Of a stretch of 64,000 nucleotides of DNA, positions 38,166-48,792 are shown one piece after another. The stretch spans positions 106,206,001-106,270,000 of the forward strand of contig NC_043001.1 of NCBI RefSeq assembly GCF_006345805.1, read 5' to 3'. Under the pieces are notes generated by a model, which did not search any database, was not told the origin of the DNA, and saw only the letters and a program-made list of their open reading frames with translations. The stretch's first letter is position 1; each line of letters opens with the position of its first letter. Origin of the DNA: Octopus sinensis. Its lineage: Eukaryota. The translations under genes were made by a program, and so were the position numbers.

Positions 38166-38392
38166 CTGTGTAGATTTTAGAACTTTTGTAAATATGTCTT
38201 ACAGCTGTTTCTAGGATATTTATTATATCCCTTCATCGGATACGGTGTGAGAAGACGGTTATGCAATAGTTAATTGATAGTAAATTAACTATTCCTTAAC
38301 CGTCTTCTCACACCGTATCTGATGAAGGGATATGATAAATATCCTAGAAACAGCTGTAAGACATATTTATAAATGTTCTAAAATCTACACAG
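38166..38392. repeat. 227-bp palindrome (110-bp arms, 6 mismatches, 7-nt spacer) of Penelope-type pseudo-LTR sequence
   Basis: Left arm 38166-38275 is the reverse complement of right arm 38283-38392 (hand alignment); each arm carries a hammerhead-like motif. Confidence 0.9.
38315..38362 (+). ncRNA. Minimal hammerhead-like ribozyme motif (intact core)
   Basis: GTAT-CTGATGA-A-GGGATAT(GATAA)ATATCCT-A-GAAA-C(AGCT)G-TA-AGAC; palindromic loop III and GUA triplet; stem I 3/4 paired. Confidence 0.6.
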
Positions 38393-38486
38393 TCTTGGTT
38401 TAACATCTCATTACGGAAACAAAAATCTTATATATATGTGTGTATATATATATATGTGTGTATATATATATGTGTATATATATATA

Positions 38487-38528
<42 letters not shown>

Positions 38529-41039
38529 GGTGGAGAGTTAGTATGGGTTTGTAGATGCGTGTGTATTTAATGTTGTATCAGTCAGTAAGTATGTACAATC
38601 CTTGCCATTGTATTTATTCTGTTAGTTATGTAACTTTCTCATTGTTTTCTCTTTCCGGAGTACAGATCATTAATGTTGAATGTAAGCTAGAGAGTGGAAA
38701 TTAAAATTCAGTTAAAATTTAACTATTCACTGTACTTGGAATTCAAAGAAGTATTTCATTTATCTGTCGTCGCATTTCGATGAATATATCTCACCCACAT
38801 AGTTTTATTAATCTAAATTATTGTTGAATTTAAGTCCTTAAATTCTTCAAAGGTTTGTAGATATGGCATAGACAAGAGGTTTGCAGACGAATGTATATTG
38901 AAAATGATAAGCGATTCGCGATACTCAATTCTTTATCAAATAAACAGGAAGTCATATAAGAATCAATTTTTCAATATCTTATTAACAATAAAGAAGCTAA
39001 ATATTATCAGGTGATCTCAAAAGAACCACAGTCTGTAGTCATATAGTTAGTGGTTATTACTTAAATGTAGGAATGTAACTGTGTGTGTATGATATAGTAA
39101 ATAAATAGCATTCCATTACAATATACACTGAAAGAAATCTTTCTTTTATAAAATATGTATACATCAATTGTATTCAATAGAATTTATGCAGAACGATTGT
39201 CCTGATTTCATGTTTTTGAGAATCTGGTGAGTAAAATAGTGTAATTGCAACAAAATTATTAATGTTTACAAAAAAAGTAACTTGTTGAGAATGATAATGT
39301 TCTAGATAAATATTGTTGTCAGAGAGAAACGTTAATTTTTTTTTAATTCAATGAGTTTGAGCGTTGCTTATGAAAGAAATCCTAATATTCTTCATGCGCA
39401 CTTGCCAACATTCCCCTAGCTTATCAATATCTCGCCGATATCTCGGCAAAAATCAGCGAATCTTGACTCGAGTTATTCATCGAGCCACATAGTCAACTCC
39501 ACGTGATTGTTGAAGGACTGTCGGCGAGCTACTGAAAAACGGGAGGAATGTTGGGCGCAGTAGAACTTGCTATCTGATCACTTGAAAAGCAGTTTTGGTC
39601 AAATGAGCGACAAAGGAGTGAACGCCGCCGTGTTAAAGAAGCCCAACTTGTCGGCTATCGAGTTGGATTGTCTCGATGAGGTGGTTTAGTGAGCATAAAC
39701 ATCTGCATTAATTCTGTGGTTGTTTCCAATACACAAGTATTCTTGTGTTAATTCAAACATTTTAAAGGGACGAGCGATTTTATTTGACAACTTAATAGGT
39801 AAGTCATGTAAAAGATTTTAATGTGGACTTCATATAATTAGTCAAACATTACGAATGAATCGATATTGTCAATTACTTATACGTTTTCTCGGTGTAAAAA
39901 TGCGTGGAACTTGATAAAGGATACGACCCAACACCTCTGCGATGGCGTGTTTATTAATTATGTCAAAATAGGAAGATAGACTTAGTAGAACTACAGGCAA
40001 AATAACTCATGATGTTTTGTGAAGTTCAGATGATTTCTGCATGTAAAGGGTACCGCACTTGACTTAACCAATCATTTCGAGGGCAATGGAATACGTACTA
40101 GTTATCGTATAAACGACTTCCATAGTAAACTATGCTACTGCATGGTCATATCCTAATACAAAATAAAAATATGAAACGCTAAAGCTATAAAAAGAATTAT
40201 CCAACTAGTCACAGACTCTCTTCTGCAGGAAAATGTTTCCAAGTGGTCAGAAGACATACATATGGAATACAACAACACACAAATAGTCATTTTACTTGTA
40301 TTGATTACTACGAAATGGAAAGAACAGGGAAAAATGCAAAAGCATAATGTGTACTATGGTGGCATTATCTCGAACACGAAAATCTTTCTTAAGAAAATCT
40401 GGAAAGCGATGCTGTAAGTTGTCTGATGAAAGCATTTGAATTACCATGGGAAAGTTATTTTATAATAGGTTACAACAAATGGACTGAGTCGTTGCATTTA
40501 CTGACTAGAATAGTTTTGACAGCCACTTTCTGGCTTTCAAGAAGTATTTTAGATGTCCGTACCAGCTGATCATTGTAAAGATACCGAAAGATTGAATATG
40601 TAAACTGGTTTCGTATGTTGTTGCGTCTAAAAGCACTGATACATAAATAAGCCAGAGAAATTTATAAAATATTTAGAAACGCCTTAAGCTAATATACCAA
40701 TGTATCGAGCAAAGTGCACACCTCACACACACATGCATACATAGACACGCACATACACAGATATAATGTAGATTTAATTGTATGTATGTATATATTTGGG
40801 CTCTATTGGTTTTATAGGCACACACACACACTTACCAACAAATACACACGCACAGTATATGTACACACATACGCGGATGTGAGCGTATAGCATTGTCTGT
40901 TAATGCGCTTGCTTCTAGCTGTGCATAAATAAAAAAAGAAGGAATGAAATACAAAATAAGTTCATAAATGTTTTATAGCACAAACTTCCAATTGAGCATT
41001 TACACATGCATCTGTATGATTATGATTGCAGATGTGTAT

Positions 41040-41220
<181 letters not shown>

Positions 41221-42150
41221 CTATACATGCATGCAATAACAACACCTACGATAACCAGAACAGACCTAATAATGATTGATTGAAAACTTATAAATCGGAT
41301 CAACTTAAGATTACCAGCATATACATTATTCAAATTGTTACAAACTTTTCTTTTCGTGATTTTGGAGATAAATATACAGTTAATAAAGTTATGTACAGTT
41401 TCTTAGACACATGTTTTTCCATTCTAAGCACGGTTCCATTATTTTAAAACTGAAGACGATAAAAAAAATTCAGTCAAACATTTGGAAATGTCAATAGCTG
41501 TCCATCATCTTATTTACTGTCAGATTTAATATAAAATCGTTTTATTTCCATTTCTTCAATGTTCCCACGAAAATCAGACAACATTTCTACATCAGAAAAA
41601 AGTTTTTAGGAATGAGATTTCTTTACTCTGACGACACAAATTTTTTGTGACTTAAATATGACAACATATTGGTTGGTTAGATTCCATCGAATATCTTTCT
41701 TTATATCAGCTACATCTTTGAAAGTGAGATGAAGATTGAATTGTTTAAAGAAACCGTAGTTTTCGCTAGTTTGGCATTCATTTTTTGTATCTCACTCGCT
41801 TTCTACAGATAGCAAGTTCAGTACATATGTACTTCTGTGTGCGTTTGCGTGTTTCTTTGTATGTTTGTGTGTTTGTTTGTGTGTGAGTGTATGCGTGTGT
41901 CCACATTATAAACTATCGTGTGTATTACTACCATATTTATACTCATATAAAGATACTCCTGCGCGTCCCCCATTTCTGACCTATAGAAGAAAGTCTTGCT
42001 ACCAACTCCAGAAGAGAGATTATATTTTTCGTATGAGAATTTACCTTCGTTTCTTCCACTCTGACTTATTTTAAGATACCAATAAGCTCTATACATTCTT
42101 CATAAGATATTTCAATTCATCTGTTTTAATTTCATCTTTTGTTTCTAGAA

Positions 42151-42521
42151 TCTCTCTATATATAAACGGCAGTTTGTCTCTGTGTGTTTCTGTGTGTCTG
42201 TTAGGTTGTACCCTCACCCTGACCACGGCTTTCAACCGATTCTGATGAAACTTGACACACACATAGCCCAATGACATAATTCAAAACTAACGCAGCGAAA
42301 ATTTTGAAAAGTTCCCCCAGTTCTGAAAAAAATCGATAAATTCAACATGGGGGTCGAGAATCAGAAACACAAACCACAGACTGTCTAGGGGACGCAACTC
42401 GACCTTTTTAACTAAAGAAAATTTACCATAATTTTTTTTCCATTTTTTGGCTATAACTCTCTAAAAATGCTTTATAGTTATTTCCCTTACAAACCCGAGC
42501 AACGCCGGGCGATACTGCTAG
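42151..42521 (+). mobile_element. Non-autonomous Helitron, copy 2
   Basis: A|TCTCTCTATATATAAACGG...CCCGAGCAACGCCGGGCGATACTGCTAG|T. Confidence 0.85.
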
Positions 42522-42637
42522 TTTTCCTATAAAATGATATAAAGTTCCGCTGAATTACAAACTAGAGAAGAAACAGAGTAACTTGGAAAAGTTTTGTACG
42601 AAAACGTTTAGATATTAAGATTGGAGAAAATATATAT

Positions 42638-43160
42638 ACATCAAATATCAACTTGCTTTCATCGTTCGGACAACCCAATAATTATTCTCTTAGTTCCATC
42701 CTCATTTTATAAAATGTGCCTTTGCTAATGTGGTTTAATAAATCTCAAACATATACACAGTTTCTACGAATCAGCTAAAGTAATACTAATATAGCAAAGA
42801 ATGCAGGTTTCGATTATTTGCTATCATTTTGGTTGCAATATTGATAGTATTATTAATAAATTACGGCTCTCAACATCCCGTATTCTTTCGTACAATTTGC
42901 TCAGTCAGCAAAACTATTTTGGTAGAATAACAATTACTGAACTTTTAAAAAATGAAATAAAATTATTAGAAATAAACTTTTTTTCTCTCCATAAGATTAC
43001 AGTTTTTTTAATGAGTTGAATAAAAACGAAATTGTCGCCGATTGTCCTTTGTTTGAGATTTATTGAACATTAGCAAAGACACACTTTGTAAAATGAGGAC
43101 GGAACTAAGAGAATAATTATTGGGTTGTCCGAACGAAGAAAGCAAGTGGGTATTTGATGT
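42638..43160. mobile_element. Foldback/MITE-like element with about 110-bp inverted arms
   Basis: ACATCAAATATCAACTTGCTTTC.TCGTTCGGACAACCCAATAATTATTCTCTTAGTTCC.TCCTCATTTTA.AAA.TGTG.CTTTGCTAATGT is mirrored at about 43050-43160. Confidence 0.8.
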
Positions 43161-44332
43161 TAGTTATTGAAGTGTGCACGATATAATGAAGCCATGCGTA
43201 TTAATATCAAACACGCAATAAATAATAGCGAACGTACAGATACTAACTTGTCGACAGCTAATTATTATACATAAAGAACACAGACTATGTATTTCTTTCG
43301 AATGAATCGAAACGCTAATGTTTTAGATTTAGCTGTCTGAAAGTGAGATTGATGGACACCGCTTCTAATCATCTACCCCATATGATTGCTAGATCTATGT
43401 TGTTGATTCATTTCAATAACTTATGTCACGCGTCTGTAAACAATTAAACCAAAAAATATAAAACTAAAACAGTAAAGATTGATGTTTGTAGCCACGTTCA
43501 CAGTTTTTTTTTTATTGACCAATATCTAACATTTTCTGGCAAGTCAATAGATATTTATCCTTTCCAGCACATTACTACAATTCCTTCTATGACCAATCTG
43601 TCGAAATGTGCGGTGAAGGATTTAAGTAAGTAAAGAATAACATATTATGAAAATGGGGCATGTTTTACGCTCCATAGTATGGAACTGGGGTATAAAACAA
43701 TCAGAATAGAAAATTCTTTCATAAAATCGTTGAAGCTTACTGTAGGAAGCTTTATCTATCCGAGCACAAATCAGAAGATATGCTTGGTGCCTTCTGGATG
43801 AATGTAGAAGACTTGTGCCATTTTCACTGTGACTTCAAAAGAACGACCTGCCAAAAATAGTAGGAAAATAAACTTCCAAAAGTATCCGATATCATTCGAG
43901 GAAATCCATTTGGCTGGGCTGGTCGGCAGCTAATAAGCAAAGAAATGGTCATAATTACATTTGTTACATATATAAGACAGTTAACACATGATACTTTACG
44001 TCACCAAACTGATTTATCTTACACCACAGAGGATTATAGAGAAATGGAGATGGAATTAAATGCGAATTGAAATAAGCTGGAACTGAAAAGATGATAATGA
44101 AGTATTCATGTGAAAGATCCGTTTGATTGCAAGTCGACTTTTACTGCTGAAACTGGTTGAATTGGAAAATAAACATGCTTCAGCACTAATCCTAAGATTT
44201 TAGCTTGTCCTATCCAGTCACAACATAGCTTTTTATAGTTCTGCCACCGATTCTACCAATCTCTTTCGGTCGAACCGCTATTTTATGCAGTCTTTCATCT
44301 ATATGTGTGTGTATGCTCGTATATACATCATT

Positions 44333-44653
44333 TACATTATTTACATTTGGCGGATATTTGTCCTCATCTTGTTTGTTGTTAACATAACGTTGCGGCTGAT
44401 ATGCCCACCAGCCTTCATCAGGTGTCTTGGAAAAATTCCGAACCTGGGTTCTCATTCCTAAGGTATTTTAGATGTTATTATTATTATTATTATTATTAAT
44501 ATTGAAGTCACATCGAAAAATACCTTAGGAATGAGAACCCACGTTCGAAATGTCCCCAAGACACCTGATGAAGGCTGGAGGGTACATCGGCCGAAACGTT
44601 ATGTTAACAACAAACAAGATGAGGACACATATCCGCCAAATGTAAATAATGTA
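44333..44653. repeat. Inverted dimer (about 136-bp arms, 48-bp spacer with (TAT)n) of a hammerhead-bearing repeat
   Basis: 44333-44468 is the reverse complement of 44517-44653 with scattered mismatches. Confidence 0.9.
44560..44605 (+). ncRNA. Minimal hammerhead-like ribozyme motif (intact core)
   Basis: GACAC-CTGATGA-A-GGCTG(GAGGGTACAT)CGGCC-GAAA-CG-TT-ATGTT; palindromic AACGTT in place of stem III; stem I mismatched at its first pair. Confidence 0.5.
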
Positions 44654-44796
44654 CATAATACTTCATCTCTTAAATATCGAATTGTATGCTCTTATATATA
44701 CTGAATCTTGTATATACTGAATTTTAACAAAAAAAAAATCTGCGCAAATGATGCCACTCTATTTGCATCAAGGTGACATCATTACTGTAATAACAC

Positions 44797-44917
44797 CAGC
44801 CTGCACGTGAAATTAACGTGCAAGGCTCCAAAGACACGTGTACCCTTAACGTAGTTCTTGGAGATTCAGCGTGACACAGAGTGTGACAAGGCAGGCCCTT
44901 TGAAATACAGGTACAAC
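44797..44917 (-). mobile_element. SINE family E, internal/3' fragment
   Basis: Reverse complement is homologous to about 24790-24920 (GTATTTCAAAGGG..GTCACACTCTGTGTCACGCTGAATCTCC). Confidence 0.65.
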
Positions 44918-44924
44918 AGAACAA

Positions 44925-45094
44925 GTGGGAGAAAGTTGTGGTAAAAGAGTACAGAAAAGTTCACCTGCCGGAGCTTCGTGGAGCTTTAGGTGTTTTCGCT
45001 CAATAAATACTCACTACGCCTAGCCTTGGAACCGATACGGCGATCCTATGACCGCGAGTCCGCTGCCCTAACCACTGGGCCACTGCGCATCCAC
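44925..45094 (-). mobile_element. tRNA-derived SINE, family D
   Basis: Minus strand GCGCAGTGGCCCAGTGGTTAGGGCAGCGGACTCGCGGTC (tRNA-like A box); homologous to 62010-62174. Confidence 0.75.
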
Positions 45095-45911
45095 AACCAA
45101 TTGTATACATTATTAATATATGTTTTTTTTCCATACAGTGCAAGATTTTATTTTCGTATTTGTAACAATTATATTTTATTCAATTACGAAGTTGCTTCTA
45201 CCTTCTTAGTAATTGAATAAGAAATTATACCGAATAAACAAATGAGCAGTATACTTTGGAGATTAAATAAAATGTAAACAAACATATAATTACGCCGTAA
45301 TCGCATTAATAAAACATAGTTATTTGACACTAATCATTAGACTTTTTGCTTTAATAAGACTGGTTTGCATCCATTACATTGCCAAATATGTTGAAATATT
45401 TCCTCGTTTATAAATGATTATAGGAAGTATATTGTGTGCGTGCGTGCGCACATATGTGTAAGCGCACGTATGCTTCAAAGAGGGGACTGTGTGAGAATTC
45501 CAACTTTCGGCCTGCGACCTTCGTCAGATGATGCAATTTTCGGGTTTATTTCTGCTTTACTTAGACTTCGGTTAGTTATTTATCTTAGACATGTACAGTT
45601 ATGTGAAATTGAGTTTGGAAATAGATATTTAGAAAGTGAGATAGACGAAATTCTCACACAGAAGAAAACATAATCTCTCTTCTGGGGTTGGTAAGTCAAA
45701 AATAGGGGACGTGCAGGAATATATTTACGGGTGTAATACGCACACCAGCTTATAACGTGGACACACACTAGAAAATATTTAACTTTTCTTTTGAAGGACG
45801 GTTTTTGTTTTTCTTTGCAGCAATTTATGGTCATCTGTAATATCTCACAGGGAAAATTATTAGACATTTTTCATAACAGCCTATCTTGTTAGGCTTGAAA
45901 GAGGGACCCTT

Positions 45912-46128
45912 TTATTCTTTTCTACTCTAGGCACAAGACCCGAAATGTTTGAGTAGGGAGCAAGTCTATTAGATCGACCCCAGTACGCAATTGGTATTTT
46001 ATTTATCGACTCCAAAAGGATGAAAGGCAACGTCGACCTCGGCTGAATTTGAACGGAGAATGTAAAGCCAGACGAAATAGTGCTAAGCATTTCGGCCAGC
46101 GTGTTAACGTTTCTCTCAGTTCAAAGCC
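45912..46128 (-). mobile_element. SINE family B monomer
   Basis: ATTAGATCGACCCCAGTACGCAATTGGTA..AAAGGATGAAAGGCAACGTCGACCTCGGC..AAGCATTTCGGCCAGCGTGTTAACGTTTCT. Confidence 0.85.
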
Positions 46129-46334
46129 GTTATGTACGGACACACATTCATATAATATGCATCAACACGGAAACAGATCACCGTATGTAGATTTGAATTG
46201 TACTCGACGAGACGACGAAAGTATTGACATGGCCGACGCTGAAAGTAACTATATTACATACACACAAACGTACATAGAGAAACATGCGTACAACACACAC
46301 ACACATTTACATGTGTATTTTTGGGTATATCTCT

Positions 46335-46381
<47 letters not shown>

Positions 46382-46607
46382 CAAAAAAATTAAAATAGAA
46401 AATGCTAAAGTAATTTTAACATTTCAGTACCGGTTTCAGTCATTGAGACTTTTTCAACTGAAAAATTGAAAGTAAAGTTTTTTTAAAAGAATATTTGCAT
46501 AGCGTTCATATACAAAAGGCATTTCTTGTTTCTGCGTCTCTCTATCTCCCTTGTTTACACTTGTTGTTTCGGGATCGTTGTGAATTCTTAGTAGGGAAGA
46601 AGAACAA

Positions 46608-46646
<39 letters not shown>

Positions 46647-46694
46647 TTCATGTATGTGTATACGTATGCTTATATATATATATATATATATATA

Positions 46695-47247
46695 CTTTAA
46701 TTGCCGAAGCATATAAGAGTCAGAAATTCTCAATGCTGTATGAAGTGCACAATATATAGACACAGAAAAGGGATATAAGCGCCCCATGAATGACTCCACA
46801 GATCAGTGGATTAGACAAGATCAGTCGTACGCTCGTCAGCAGTAACTACTCGGTCGTTCTATGATTTGGCTACACTGGACTGTCGTGTATATGTATTTAC
46901 CATATAATATTTTGCTGACTTAGCGAAATACTTATGTGTAAATTAAAAATTGATATGGACATATAGGCGCAATATAGAACGAACAATAAAAGCCTCAATC
47001 GTTTTCCTTTTTCGCTTTATATTGCGCCTAGTTTTTTTATATTAATTTTTTATATACACATTATGGTTTCGCTAAATCAGCCATAAATTAATATGGTAAG
47101 TATATCTACTGACAGTCCACTGTAGCCAAATCATAGAGCAATTGAGTAGGCACTGCGGACGAGCTTTCAACTGAAGGGGGAGACTAGTGTAATCCAGTGA
47201 TCTCCAAAGTCATTTATGGGGCGGACATATATTCTCGTCAGTGTATG

Positions 47248-47286
<39 letters not shown>

Positions 47287-47353
47287 CACTTCATACAGCA
47301 TTAAGAATTTCTGACTTTTACTGCTTTCAATATATATGTTTCGGCGATTAAAA
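46695..47353. mobile_element. Long foldback element (about 660 bp, almost entirely self-complementary) inserted in (TA)n
   Basis: Mirrored blocks: TTTAATTGCCGAA/TTCGGCGATTAAA; AGTCAGAAATTCT.AATGCTGTATGAAGTGCACA; CGCCCCAT.AATGACT; GCTCGTC.GCAGT; CTATGATTTGGCTACA.TGGACTGTC; TAGGCGCAATATA. A TA tract is inserted in the right arm. Confidence 0.85.
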
Positions 47354-47355
47354 TA

Positions 47356-47637
47356 TATTATATATATGTATATATGTGTATATGTATATATGTATATATG
47401 TATATGATATATGTATATATATATATGTATATATGTATTTATATATATATGGATATATATATGTATTTATATATATATGTATATATGTATTTATATATAT
47501 ATGTATATATGTATTTATATATATAGTATATATGTATTTATATATATATGTATATTGTATTTATATATATATGTATATATGTATTTATATATATGTATAT
47601 ATGTATGTAATATATTATATATATATATATGTATATA

Positions 47638-47671
<34 letters not shown>

Positions 47672-48441
47672 GTATGTATATAATATGTATGTATATATAT
47701 ATGTATGATATATATATATGTATCTATGTATATATATATGTATCTATGTATATATATATGTATCTACTGTATATATATGTATATATATATGTATCTATGT
47801 ATATATATGTATATATATATGTATCTATATATATGTAATATATATAGTATGTAATATATATATGTAGTTATATATAGTATATATATATATGTTATATATA
47901 TATGTATATATATGTGTATGTATATATATGTATATATATATATGTATATATATATATGTATATATATGTATATATATATATATGTATATATATATATGTA
48001 TATATGTGTATATATATGTATATATATATGTATATATATATACATATATATATGATATATATATATACATATATATATGTATATAAATATATATATACAT
48101 ATATATATATATGTATATATAATATATGTATATATATATATGTATATTATATATATGTATGTATATATATATATGTATATTATATATGTATATATATAGA
48201 TGTATATATATATATATAATATATATATATGTATATATCAAGTGCCACGTATCAGAGGTGGATTCACAAACTAGTGTGGCTCATTCAGCGGTGGTGCCCC
48301 AGCATGGCCGCGGCCTTCGGGCTAAAACATTTTTTAAGGATTAAGGATTTATGTATATATATATATGTATATATATATATGTAATATATATATATATGTA
48401 TATATATATATGTATATATATATATGTATATATATATATTG

Positions 48442-48472
<31 letters not shown>

Positions 48473-48792
48473 GTATATATATATATGTATAATATATATG
48501 TATATATATATATGTATATATATATATGTATATAATATATATGTATATATATATATGTATATATATATATATGTATATATATATATGTATATATATATAT
48601 GTATTATATATATGTATATATATATGTATATATATATATGATATATATAATATATGTATATATATATATATGTATATATATATATGTTATATATTAATGT
48701 GTGTATATATATATGTGTGTTATATAATATGTGTATATATATATATGTGTATATATATATGTGTATATATATATATGTGTATATATATGTAT
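47356..48792. repeat. Long (TA)n/(TATATG)n-type satellite with a SINE 3'-tail island at about 48238-48350
   Basis: Directly visible; the island contains GGTGCCCCAGCATGGCCGCGGCCTTCGGGCTAAAAC. Confidence 0.9.
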
